This document shows positions 34,701 through 47,347 of a stretch of 64,000 bases of DNA, piece by piece. Every line of letters begins with the position of its first letter. Within the stretch, counting starts at the first letter, position 1. A model generated the notes under the pieces. That model did no database searches and was not told the origin of the DNA. It saw only the letters and a list, made by a program, of their open reading frames with translations. The translations under genes and the position numbers were made by a program. Origin of the DNA: Guillardia theta CCMP2712 (lineage: Eukaryota > Protista > Cryptophyta); contig NW_005434672.1 in the NCBI RefSeq assembly GCF_000315625.1, positions 1,023,374-1,087,373 of the forward strand. Reading direction: 5' to 3'.

Positions 34701-36482
34701 TTACTTGCCGAGGCGCTGGAGGGACTCAACAGGGTTGTAGAACTTGGCATCCTTGGGGATGTCGGAGCGAAGGTTCTGCTTAACCAAGCTGCGAACAGTG
34801 TTGAAGAGAAGCTTCAAGTCCTCGACGGGGCCCCCGGAAGTGACCTTCTTGTACAAGTAGGAGTCGAAGGTAACCTTCTGGACGTACTCGCTCTCACACA
34901 TCTCAACAAAAGCCTCACGGGCCGGGTTGGAGCGGTAGAAGACCTGCTGCAACACGTCGAGGACGGCGTAGGTCGGTCCGTAGAGCTGGTCATAGCGTCT
35001 CAAGTAAGTATCCTCAATCTCCTCCTGGGTGGGAAGAACAGTTCCTCCCTGTGTGAGCTTGGTGATGGCCTCAGCAGCCATGCGGCCAGACTTCGCAGCA
35101 AAGTAGATTCCCTCTCCAGAGCACTTGGTGACGTAACCAGCAGCATCTCCAACAAGTGCAGCACGATTGAGAACACGCTTGGGTCTGTAGTGCTCAGGAA
35201 TAGGGTGAGCCTCAACCTTGATAATCTTTCCTCCCTCGATCTTCTTGCCAGCGCGCTCGCGGATAGCGTTCTGGTATTGCTTGATAGCAGGTCTGTTCAC
35301 AACAGTTCCAGTTCCGACACCAACGTGGTCGTACTTGGGGAACACCCAACCGTAGAAGTCAGGTGACACGTCATCGCCGACGTACATCTCAGCGAGCTCC
35401 TCATAGAAGGCCATCTGCTGATCATTGATCCTGATACGCTCCTGGAAGGCAATGGCATAGTTGTACTCGCCAGCATCGATCGCCTTGGCAACGCGAGAGT
35501 TGGCGCCATCAGCTCCAATGATGAGATCGACATCGAGCTCCTCGGGGGTTCCGACCTTCTGTCCGTTGTAGTTGGTGTAGTGAATCTTGTAGGGCTTGGT
35601 CTCGGAGTTGCCCTCGGGAAGGTCGATACCAGTGACAAGGCCATTGATGGGCTTGGCACCGAGCTTGATGGCGCGATCGCGGAGGAAACCATCGAGGATC
35701 TCACGCCTTCAGGTCAAGTTAGATCGAGATCCACAACGACATCCAGTAGCACCTGGTCATGCCGATATACTCGTCGTCTCTGAGAGTCTGACCAATGGGT
35801 GCCTCTTTGCCAGTGGGGGAGATCATAAGCATCTTGCGAACCTTGCGGTCGACCACCTCTTCAGGAATCTGGAACTCCTCGATCATGCACAGAGGGATAG
35901 CTCCACCGCATGGCTTGGCATTGTCCATCTTCCTCTCGAAGATGTAGGTGTCGATGTTGGGCTCCTGAGCGAAGATCTCCGCAGCGCAAGAGCCGGAGGG
36001 ACCACCACCAACAATGGCTACTCTCATCTTGCGATCGCCGTCCCACTTGTGACCCATGGTAGGGGCAATGGAAGCACGTCCACGGCGGCTGACCATGGCA
36101 GCCCTGAACCTCGGTGTCAGAGACCAGTTACTCGATCGTGTAAGTTTGGCACTACCTTCGTGGAGCACCAATGGTAGAGGGAGAGCTCATGAAGGCATCA
36201 GTCTGAAGGATTTCGAGTCAGATTTCAGTCGGTTCACCATTATGCGGAAGAGAATGAATTGCACATCGCATCAAATTTGTAGCAAGTGAGCCAAAAGAAA
36301 AATTGTGACACACATCACAGACGGGGTCTTGGCACGATCCCGTCACAGAAACATGAGAGAAGGAACCCAGGAACAAGCAAGAAGGACTACAACAAGTAGA
36401 TTCGAACAAGGTTGGGCAAGGATCACGACGTCACCTGAGCAGCAAAGCCAAGAGCAAAGGCAAGGGCGGTAGCTCTCAGCAT
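34701..36482 (-). CDS. chlP: Geranylgeranyl reductase (chlorophyll/phytol synthesis), plastid-targeted; multi-exon
   Basis: MRVAIVGGGPSGSCAAE, NAKPCGGAIPLCM, DVSPDFYGWVFPKYDHV and LVGDAAGYVTKCSGEGIYFAAKSGRM. Presequence MLRATALAFALGFAAQ|TDA-F. Confidence 0.95.
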
Positions 36483-37936
36483 GGCTGTGCGTCCTCGTCA
36501 GAGCAGCCGGCCCCCCGGACGCGTTTTCTAACAACCCAACCCCGACCCTACCCCACCCTGATACCCATCACTACCCACCCTTTGGGTATGATCTCAAACC
36601 AAGATCCAAGACCACCCTGGAATGCCTACCCCTACCCCCATACCTAGCATGTCGCATGCAACCACCCTAATGGAGATATCACCCCATCATCCTAAAGCTT
36701 ACAGCGGCACCCCTGTAGCCCCCACCCCCCCCCTTGTGTGTATGTTGAAGGTGCTATGGGTAATACCGGTGCTACCTACCTACTAGACATGAGCAGCATT
36801 TTCACCCTACCCCAACGTTGAAACGGTACTACCCGACCCCTACCCGCGCAAACGGTTCTTTATGAAAATGACCCTTACCCGGTCGATACCTGAGAAAAAG
36901 ACCGGTACTCAGCGAGCTCGGTGACTTTATGAGTAAACTTTTGAACCGCAAGAATACACACCTAACCCCACCCCCAGGACTTTCTTGTAGTACCCTACGA
37001 CCTATACCGGAATGTATACCCCACCTATTGAGTCCCACCCAACTGCAACCCACCCTACAAAAGGTCCACCCATGTCTTACAAAGGGGGGTAGTTCTACCA
37101 CCTCTGACACTTGTGACGCCTGCTAGTACTTTGGCATGGAGCTGCACGGAATTGCAAGTTTGTGGACGATAGCGGGGTGGGGAGGAATGCCGCCTCACCT
37201 CAGTGTAAGGAATAGAAACAAAATTGGGCAGAAATTCTGATATTCGATTTCCTTGAAAAATCGTTTAGACCATTCTGTGGGCAGCAAACAGCGCCGAAAA
37301 TAACATGTTCGGGGTGCTGCTGGAGATGTACGGGCATGGCCTATCGGGATCGACCATGCATGCAGTGAACGCGGACATCCTTGACCTTTGCTACTCATCC
37401 TCGAAGACAGAAGCAGGAGCAGCAGCGTGCATAGCCAAGGGGCATGGGCTCAAAACCTATCAAGAAAAAAAGCAGTTCTTGCAAGGGCTGTCTGAAGGCC
37501 TGAAGAAGTGTCCTTACGTCACATGCATGATTTCTACTCCTGGAGATCCTGCTGTCAGCCCTGGTATCTCGACTGTATGAGACAAGACATCATCTTGCAC
37601 ATCTTCAGTCTCTTTGCCTTGCTCGCCACCCCAGCTCGCAGGATGGCCTGCTGCCATCAAACTGATCGTTGTACTATGGAGATTGTTGTTGATAATCAAC
37701 ATGTTTTTCTGTGTTAAAGTATCCAGATATACTTAATTGCTCTATCACATTTGCATGAGCAATGTGAGCTCGTTTTTTTGGTTATGCTCTGTGAATAAAA
37801 CGACAGTGAGAAAGGCAACATGAAACAGTTGGTAGTCCGACGCTGCTGATTTGATAGATCCTATAATGCAACGGAAATAAGTAAATCAATCATGAAACAC
37901 CTGATTGTTCTGCGACATCGAAAATTGGAGTTCTGG

Positions 37937-38340
37937 TCAAAAGGAGGGTTCTTTGTTGAACGAGTGATGCATTTCAGCAGGATACCTTGCGGCCAACCAC
38001 AATTTGTCATCCAAGAAGGTCATGACTTGAGATGGCTTTAAGTTTGAGTGTTTCATGGTGGGTTTGCTAACTGCTGGTGCGTAATCACAGTAGCGAATGC
38101 CGCCCGGTATCATCCGATCATCACTACGGCACTCAGAGGCCTCAGTCTTCACTCAAAAGTTGTGTTGATAGTAACCAGTCCGATCAACGAGTCAGCCGTC
38201 AATCAGAACTTCGGCGAGGACAATCAGGAGAGTCGAGGAGGCTTGACCCTGACACTGTCGCACAGGCCATACGGCGAGAAGAGAAAAGACAGCGAGAACC
38301 AACGTCCCTAGGGCGGCTAGGCCCAGTATGGTGACCCTCC
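37937..38340 (-). other. Possible gene fragment with a signal-anchor segment (RVTILGLAALGTLVLAVFSLLAVWP) and a following exon-like ORF
   Basis: A hydrophobic stretch followed by a donor-like site, plus ORF 37937-38152. No start codon or complete gene was resolved. Confidence 0.25.
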
Positions 38341-38715
38341 GCCGGATCACTGATGCCGAAGGCTGCGGCCCCCAACTTGAACTTCGGAACTTAACAGCAG
38401 TGAGACTAGCCTACGGTAGTTCCAGTGCTGCCAAGGACTCTCATCGCCTTTGACTCACGGTCCCGGGGCCGAGAGGCCCGACGGACTCGGCGGTGGGACT
38501 CAGCCGGGGCCGAGCCGACTCACTCCTGCCGCCTACCTGGTGCGGCGGACCCGGGCCGGCCCGATCGGCGGGACTCATGATCCCGGAGTCCCGCGTCCGG
38601 GGCACAGCACCGCCCGGGCCCGGCGGCCCGCCGGCGCCGGGTCGGACTCGGCCCGGAAATTTAACCGTGATTTGTCCACTTCCCCGCTCATACCTTCCTT
38701 TATAAGTGTGAAGGA

Positions 38716-39539
38716 ATGCACGGTCGGTGGGTACTGGTCGCGAGCTTGCTGGGGGTCTCTCAAGCCTTCATGGCGTCACCACTGGTGGAGACAGTCAAGC
38801 CAAGAAGGTCGTCCTGCTTCCTCCAGCCCCATGCCCCTGCTCTGAGAGGTGCTCCGAGGAGAAGCAGCCGCACTATGATGGTGAGCACACATGCTTTCGA
38901 GATTTGAAAGCTGACTGTCTCTGTCTGATGCAGGCACAGGCCGATGCAACTGAAAGCCAAACCTACAAGTTCATTCGAAACTCGGCAGCACGAACCGCTT
39001 TCATCCTTAACAACTGGAAGGCTTACGCTGAGAACTCGAGGGCTCTTGGTTGGACATCGTCGTCGACAGAAGCTATGATTAAACTGCAGAGAGAAAGTGC
39101 GACAGCTGACGTTATGAAAGCTATGGTTCCGATGATCATGCAGAAAGCAGCTGCAGATAAGGCTGCCGAAGAGAATGGATCGATGCCTGCCAGCATCCCG
39201 CAAAACATCGCCAAGTTGAACGTCATCGCTGCCGTGAGCGTGGGGGCAGGTTCTTCGGCAGCCGTCTACACCAAGGGAGAGGGTTTCTACACCGTCGAGT
39301 ACATCGTGGCAAACACGCAGATGACAGGACAGTTCGAGTCGCAGGTTGCACTGCTCAACGAGGTAGCGCGAGAGGCGAAGGAGGAGGGGGTGAAAGAGAT
39401 CAGGTTGGCCTGCAATTCACTTCCTCCATCCTCAGGGAGCCTCACGTCCTTAGATTGCCTATACGGCTCTCTCGATACTTTTGGCTTCAAAGAGTCTGAG
39501 GCTGGAGTCCCATGGTATGTGAGACGTGTGAGCGAATGA
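38716..39539 (+). CDS. Uncharacterised plastid-targeted protein (bipartite presequence), possible degenerate GNAT-like C-terminal fold; intron about 38881-38932
   Basis: MHGRWVLVASLLGVSQA-FMASPL followed by an Arg/Ser-rich transit peptide. The second exon is in ORF 38727-39539. Confidence 0.7.
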
Positions 39540-39640
39540 GAGCGCGACTTTGAGAATGCTTGCAAATCATACATTATTGACAAGGGGCAGAATGAGATCA
39601 AGTTTGTGTGAGAAAGAATAAACAAAGATCACTGAGATCG

Positions 39641-42600
39641 TTATCGGCGCGTATACTTGTCCTTGCCTTTGGGCAACTTCCCGGTGGACTGCATTGGGCA
39701 ATCACGAGAGAAGTGCCCTGATTCACCACATTTGAAACAAGCATTGCCATTCCCTGCTCCTCCCATCCCTCCTGTATTTCTTGGACAATCTTTTGCCATA
39801 TGCCCTACCTCTCCGCACTTGAAGCAGGCCATTCCACTGCCTCCGCCTCCTGCTCCTGAGTTCATGCCAGGAGGCATGCCACCACGATCAGGTCGAGGCT
39901 GAGCCTCATCAACCCACTGAAAGAAATTGCATTTGTCGTCTCCTTCACGAGCACACTTGTAGAATTGACGACCGGAATTTCTATAGTTGAACAAGAAACA
40001 TCAGGAACAGCAAAGTAACACAATCACAGAGTTACGCTTGGGTTCGCGATGTAAGCATCAGACAGGGTTCTTGGTGCCCCGAACAAAGCACGTTTGGATC
40101 AACATTTTGCTGCCGTGGAGGACCTAAGCACGGAAAAATCAAAATTACGACCGGTAGCAACTGAGCTATTGCCTGAATTTTGCTGATTATGTGTGGGAGG
40201 CATTGGATTCGGACTTGGACGTGTCATGACTGTTCCGAGGTTCGGCCGACTTGTCACACTCAGAAACTTGTCAAAGGCTGCAACGTCTGCTTTCGTCCCT
40301 TTCCCTAGATTCCGAGATGAATTTGCTGGTTCACCGCCACCTTTTGAAGTATTTAAAGGTCCATTCGGATCAGGCCAAGAATTTACCATTTAATCTTGCG
40401 CTTCCAAAAGGTATTGCGCCTAGAGATCTTTGCGAAAACTGCCAGATAATCTCAGAAAAACGCAAAAGAACGAGGATTGCAATATATATACTTCACTATC
40501 AAAGGTAGATTGACTATATTCAATCGAGGATGCCGGTGGCAGGTTTCGATGAATCGCAACAGATGGAGGACCTTGCTGCATGAAAATTTGGCCTGCATTT
40601 CTATTGCTCGAAACCAACAGCTCTCGAACAATAGGATCGCAGCCTCCAACGCAGCCAATATGCTGCAAAGAAATTTGGTATTGACTTTCAGAGAATTCAT
40701 TGAATACCGTTAATGGAACTTCAGGAGGCACTGAACCACGTTTGAATTTGAACTCAAGAAGTCTACATCATACTTTAAGCAACAACATGGTGAAAGATGT
40801 GTTTACCTCAAAGGAGAACCGCCTTGACAAACTGAGCAAAAATTTTGAGTTGGCAAAATACTTGCATCGTTTCCCCCAGGTAGCCAAATCGAAGCTTTGC
40901 AAGTTGGATAGCCCTGCATTCAAGACATCAGTGTAAAAGCCCAACAAGCTTTCAAGCAAGCAACAGAGAAGGACACAGAGAGACAGAGAGACAGAGAGAG
41001 CACATATACCTCACAACCCAGATAGTATGATATCTTGCTTTTCTTCAACAACAATTGCTTATTTGCGCACATAAAACATGGTCTGATTGGGACATTGAGC
41101 CCAGGTCTTGAAGTTGCAAGGGAACAACGAGCATCTGAGCATTCGAAGCATCTGTGCGAACAGATTAAATCGCAGAGAAAAGCAGTTGAATGTTTGAAAA
41201 CTTACCTAAAGCCCGATGCAAAAGTAACGCCGTCCCGCATCTGCTCTAACGGAGGCCTCTTGTTGCAATGAGGACAGATTTTGTAAGATTTTCCATTATT
41301 CGTAATTTCAACCACTTGAAAATTGCAAATTGGACAAGTTTTGTCATATCCACTGACAGAGCCTTTTGGCATTGTAAACGGCTCAGAGCAACTTCTGCAA
41401 ACTAATGCTCGTGTTTCTCCATTTCTTTGCTTCTTCAAGTCCATGAGACCCGAACAAACTCCACACTGCGAAACGTTCCTCTGCAGAGTTTGCGACCATG
41501 ATGAAGCATTCAATGGCTGAAAAAACACGGACATTTCCTGTGCCATCTGGGTTTGACCAGCGATACATCTTTGAAAAATTGGTTTCATGATTTCCATCCA
41601 CTCTTCAATCACTACCCTCGCGGAAGTTTGACCGCTAGCAATCTTGGTCATGTCTTGCTCCATTCTTGCTCGAAAATGCGGCCTAGCAAGCTCAAGACCA
41701 ATCGCCTCATAGCTAGTCACTAGCGATTTACCCAACGACGTGGGGCTAAATTGTTGTGAGTCGCTTTTGATTGCATAATCCCTTTGCTGTACCTTGGTGA
41801 TGTGTTCTGCGATCGTCGCATCAGTTCCAATTCCATGACTGTCCATCAGTGAAATCAAATCAGCTTCAGAGAGAAGTGGAGGTGCTTGTGTTCTTCCTTC
41901 AGTCATTGCAAGCTCAGTAGGCTCAAATTGTTCCCCTTCTGTAAAAATCGGAATATCTTTATCTGACCACCTTTCATAAGGATAAACTTTAAGCCAATTC
42001 AATTCCTTAATCATGAGACCTTTCGAAACGAACTGCTCGACACCAATTGATATCTCGACAGTAGTTTCTGCACCTATGGCATTTTTAGAGCAACAGGCCA
42101 AGAAATGTCTTACGACCAATTCGTAAAGTTGTGCCTGCTTTCCGCTCAAAGAATTTGTGAACTGTGTTGGATGTATGGGAGGATGCGCCTGATCATCGTT
42201 CTGACCAGCACGGGGCCATTGAAACGACCCTGCCAGAAGCTCATTCGCATAATTCCCCCAATGTCCACTTTCGCATTGCTTCGAGATTAATTCCTGCAGG
42301 TTGGTCCCCTCTTTGAATTTCTCAGTCTCCGTACGAGGATAGCTGATGAACCCTTTATTGTACAGCTCTTCTGCAATTTGCATGGTCTCCTCGGAACTCA
42401 TGCGGAGTTTGCGGGAAGCGATTGTTTGAAGATTGACAGTTGATAAAGGAAGAGGGCGCCATCGTTCTTTCAACCTCTCGTGAACGCTGTTCACTGTGGC
42501 GATGGGATCTTCCATCAACATTTCATAAATCAGCGTGCATGCCACGCGATCAAAAAGACGACCTCTGCGCCAGTCGAAGTGAGCAGTCTTACCATCACGT

Positions 42601-43381
42601 GACAGGTTGCAACGGAATGACCAAAAGTCCTCGGGCACAAATCGTTCTATCTTCCAAGCCCTGTCCACAATGAAGCCCAACGTTGCAAATTGACATGGTC
42701 CCCAACTTAACAGCTTATCACTGAGTTGTTCGAATCGTTTTCCCAACACCATCGTTTGAAACCTCGTAAAAGCTGCCCCCAATCGCAAATCAATTTCAGA
42801 TCTCGCTTCCACAGCTTCAGACAGACTTTGATTGGGCAGGGTCAATGTCCGCATCGCTCGATGTATATCTCTGGGGATAAGAGCAGAGAAATGGGCTCTT
42901 CGCACACGGATCCGAGGGTTTGCTTTCTGACAAATCTCAATCACTTCGTACGAAATGTTTTCACCCTCTCGATCACAATCGAGAAAGCAAACCAGCTGAC
43001 CGCACCTGCCTCACTGGTAAGATTGGGCCTCCAAGATTAATAGATTCACCTCCTCCCTTCTTCCAGCAGGTTTCTTTCCAGCCCCTTCTTGTCTTGCGGG
43101 ATCATTTTGATGACTTGAATAGAAGGATCCAGTAGTTGGATCGGCTCGCATGTATGCCATTTTCTGTGAGATTCATCGAAATCTCGCTCCATAAGGTGGC
43201 CAGTCACACTGGTGACCACGAGCGTGCAGGGCCTGCCATCGAGCTCGTAGGAGAACTCAAACTTTCGGTTGTACTGCGAGTGAGTGTTGAAGGCCTGCGC
43301 ATGTCCCTGCGACAGGATGGCAGCAAGCTCCTTGGCGACCGAAGGCTTCTCAGCTACGCATAGCACACGGTCCGCGGACAT
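39641..43381 (-). CDS. TOP3A: DNA topoisomerase III alpha with C-terminal zinc ribbons, zf-GRF and two CCHC knuckles; multi-exon
   Basis: VLCVAEKPSVAK, VTSVTGHL, catalytic-Tyr motif GFISYPRTET, DQAHPPIHP, GIGTDATIAEHI, NSGRQFYKC...CNFFQW and two CFKCGE.GH...DC knuckles. Confidence 0.95.
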
Positions 43382-43813
43382 TCAATGCTCGAGCCTGCAG
43401 CAACCCTGTGAAGATATGGAAAGAAATCTTAGAGCATGAGCTATGGCGCGAGACAGTTGAAGAAGCGAGGCTGTGTCGATGCGCAGTGCTTCAAGCCGCC
43501 GCTACATGTCGCCTGCGTGACCAAGTTTGTGGCAACATTCCCGCCATTATCGCCACTGGGGCGGACTGGGTATTGGCCCGGGCGAATCTTCGTGTCACGG
43601 CGACAGCGGCCTCGGAGACCGGGCGGCCCGGGGAGTCCGAGGGAGGCAGTCACTGAGCCTGCCGGTCTTGACTCTGACTAGCCTGTATGACCGACTCTAG
43701 CCTCATGCCGCGGCTACACGTCGAAAATTCGTTTTTTCGAATACGGTGTTTTTAAAATGAAAAGATGATACTGTTCGAGTACAGTACTGAATTTTCCCGC
43801 GCAAATCTCCTCT

Positions 43814-45144
43814 ATGGCGAGTGAACCTGCTTCAGCGATGATTGAGACTGTTTCTGACGAGCACAGACGAATGCACGTCAGAAACTTCATGAAACTTGCT
43901 GACTTGTACGTCACATACAGTCGAGATATTGGAAACGCTATGACACAACTACGTTATAGACTGCAAGGAGATTATTTCAGAAGGTATTATCGAGTTTCTT
44001 GGAATACCTTTCAAGTTATCTTAACGAGAATATCTCCCATGATTGACAAGGCAGATGTTTTTGCCAGTCGTGGATGCATAACCAGCGAGATCAGACTTGC
44101 ATGTGTTCTGCGATGGTTGGCAGGAGGATCACATCTGGATATAACATCGGTTCATGGTATCAGCTCTACTGCATTCTGGGATGCTGTTGACTTGATCCTT
44201 GACTCCATCAACACGGGTTTTGATATAAGTTTTCCATTCAATGACGATCTGGAAATGCAGAAAATTGCACATGGATTTGCCAACTTGCATGCATCACCAC
44301 TATTCCATCACTGTGTAGGTGCTGTAGATGGGATGCTGTTACAGATACAATCTCCCGCCAGCTCTGATACGCAGACACCATCCCGTTTTTGGTGCAGGAA
44401 AGGCTTTTACGCTTTGAATGTACAGGGAGTTTGTGATTCTACTATGCGGTTTGTGTATGTGGGAATCAATGCACCAGGTAGTGTACATGACTGTGCGGCA
44501 TGGGCTCTGGGATCTGTTTCGCAATCCATTGCCAATGGTCTTCTCCCAGAACCATATTACATACTTCGCGATGCGGGCTACAAAGGTTGCGAGAGAGTCT
44601 TGACTCCTTTCGCTCAAGGAACACATTCAGCACACCTTAATGCTGATCAAATTCGGTTCAATTACTTGCATAGTAGTGCCAGGATAAAGATTGAAAGTGC
44701 ATGGGGGTTGTTGGTTAACAGGTGGGAAATCTTGACAAAACTTGTTATTCATGAATTGCTGATATTGATGAACCACTTAGGTTCGGTATTATGTGGCGAC
44801 CGTTGAAATGCTCCATCCAGAGAGATGCAATCATTGTGATGGTATGTGCGAAGCTGCATAATCTTTGTCTTCAACACAATTCCAAAGGCAACTACCTAGG
44901 TTTGGAAGAGGGTCCCGAGAGTGACCTTGATGAATCTGCACATCGGATTCTCAACTCCATGAGACCCGAGATGGTCGTTCCAGACAATGCTAGCTATCCT
45001 ACCATCCAGAGCATTGCACTTGAGCAGTCTCAACAGCAGGAACACCACCCTCCGATTACATGTCAGTGGCAAGCTGACATCGACCAATGCCTTTCGATGA
45101 AGGAAATCAGACAAGTTTTACTGACCAACGTTAATGCAGTGTAA
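43814..45144 (+). mobile_element. PIF/Harbinger-type transposase (HARBI1-like, DDE_Tnp_4); one intron at about 44722-44780
   Basis: N-terminal FRRYYRVS..F and RLACVLRWLAGG. Catalytic region CVGAVDG...RKGFYALNVQGVCD...PGSVHD...ILRDAGY...FNYLHSSARIKIESAWGLL, then after the intron RFGIMWRPL...VCAKLHNLC. No TIRs were identified. Confidence 0.88.
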
Positions 45145-45151
45145 TGGCCAA

Positions 45152-46178
45152 TCAGACATCGTTCAGAAGCCTTACACTGTCTGGAATGCCATCCGATGGT
45201 AGCATAGTTCCAAGTACATCCTGGATTACTCGAGCGAAACGTCCGCAAACTTGCAGTGGCTTGTGCAATTCAGTTGTTACAGCCTGTACTTGATCAGATG
45301 ATGTAGACATGGATGTGGCAGTAGCGTTGGACAACAAACAAGATTGGTCCGATCGAGGCTCCGTCCGCTCAGATTCAGAGTCGGGGCCCGGGGTTCCCGC
45401 GGCGGAACAAACACTGTGCAATCTCTTGATTAAAATACAAACATGACGTGAAACTTGACTGATTGAAATGAAGTCAAGAAACTTTGCGACACACGGTGAG
45501 GCCCACGGATAACGATAGCCCGGCCTCTTAGGTGCTAAAGGCCCCTCCTCCTTCAACACCTCTTCCTCCTGCTTCGACGCTTCTTCCCCCTCCTGCTTTG
45601 ACGCTTCTTGTCCCTCCTGCTTCGACGCTTCTTCCCCCTCCTGCTTCGGTCCCTCCTCCTCCGATCTCGACCCCTCCTGACCAACGGTGCCTTCTCGCTT
45701 GCGATCGCGCTTCCTCTGTGAAGCGCGAGCCGCTGGTCGGATGTGAGACTCGCGGGCGTAGGGCCATCGTGCGATCCCGAGCCGCCTGCATGCTCCTTTG
45801 AAGGCTGTCAGCGATAAGCCCTGCAGACACAACACGTCACGGCTGAGTCAGTTAATGAAAAACTGCTGCTGTAATGGTTCATCCACTCCCTTGTAGCAAT
45901 AGTACCATTGTATGCGGGATTGTTTGATGCTGTTCCATTGTAATATACCCATATTGTCCTTGTAGTAGAATATCCAGCGTTGTAATTCTCAATCAATATA
46001 CTCACAAACGACTTGACGGGCATCACGGTACCAGGGAGGCAGCTGCCCTGGTCTGCGGGAGGTGGAAGAGAGCCTTCATCGTTGCGAGCCGGAGGTTGAC
46101 GCCAGGTCTTCCTTTGTCGGCCACGAAAGATTGCTGGAAGGCTTTTCGCCTTGGGTAGACGCGGACGGAGGTGTTCAT
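45152..46178 (-). CDS. RWP-RK domain transcription factor, rearranged copy (intron insertion, 24-nt repeats, frameshifted extended C-terminus)
   Basis: Exon 1 MNTSVRVYPRRKAFQQ...LFHLPQTRAAASL, exon 2 GLSLTAFKGACRRLGIARWPY. A 31-nt deletion relative to the neighbouring copy removes the WIEWY motif and shifts frame, so the ORF runs on to 45152. Confidence 0.7.
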
Positions 46179-46907
46179 TGGGACGGCGATCGAGGAAGGG
46201 ATGACGAACGGGGTGCATTGCTATCAACGGAAGATGGAGCACCTTTCAATTGCTATCCTGACTGAACCCGACAACCGTGACGTTGCATCTCATAGTATCC
46301 CGCTCGCACGCTCTCACGCTCGCTCGCACGCTCGCACGCACGCTCGCACGCCCGCCCCTCTCTCACATACACACACACACACACTCATCATCTCCTCCCT
46401 CCCCTTCCTCCCTCAGGTCAAGTTGCCCCTGGAGGTAACAGAGGTTTTACCGCACGATCATCGATGCTGATCAAATGCACTGTCAGAGCAATTTGCTGTC
46501 CAATGCACATCACGGCCTGAGGTTCGCCACAATGACCAAAGCAAGTGTGCACAAGAAACAACCCTTGAATGTTACTTCTTCGGATGTGTTTACGCAGGTC
46601 AAGGGAGGAGTGGGGGAGGGGGAAGAGAAACTGCGTCATAGTTGATGCTCTTCTAGAAGCATCATGAGCCATGCAGATTATGATCCAAATGATTTGTTAG
46701 ATCCCTCTATGAGGTTAGCATAGGAATCGCTGACTTCATGTTGATCACACGTCATCGCTCTATCGACTGCTATCGGTCTGCCAGTATGTTGCTTGAGATG
46801 GGCATCATTTCACCAGAACGTTTCAATATTCTTTGAATGTTACAAAACTAAAATGACAAAATCGATGGCAGATTACCCTCCCCTTTTCACCTCTCTACAT
46901 CACAATC

Positions 46908-47347
46908 TCACCATAGCCCGGCCTCTTCGCTCGCACGCATGTACCACTCGATCCACGCAGGTTCTAGAGGCCCCTCCTCCTTCGCCGATGATGTCGATCC
47001 CTCCTCCTCCTCCTCCTCCCGCTTGCGATCGCGCTTCCTCTGTGAAGCGCGAGCCGCTTGTCGGATGTGAGACTCGCGGGCGTAGGGCCATCGTGCGATC
47101 CCGAGCCGCCTGCATGCTCCTTTGAAGGCTGTCAGCGATAAGCCCTGCAGACACAACACGTCACGGCTGAGCACAAACGACTTGACGGGCATCACGGTAC
47201 CAGGGAGGCAGCTGCCCTGGTCTGCGGGAGGTGGAAGAGAGCCTTCATCGTTGCGAGCCGGAGGTTGACGCCAGGTCTTCCTTTGTCGGCCACGAAAGAT
47301 TGCTGAAAGGCTTTTCGCCTTGGGTAGACGCGGACGGAGGTGTTCAT
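46908..47347 (-). CDS. RWP-RK domain transcription factor, intact copy; intron 47145-47200
   Basis: Spliced MNTSVRVYPRRKAF...LATMKALFHLPQTRAAASL|GLSLTAFKGACRRLGIARWPYARE...WIEWYMRASEEAGLW-stop. Confidence 0.85.

Noticed and set aside
37305-37717. Short plus-strand ORFs (91 aa and 69 aa)
   Set aside because: No recognisable domain or coherent exon chain.
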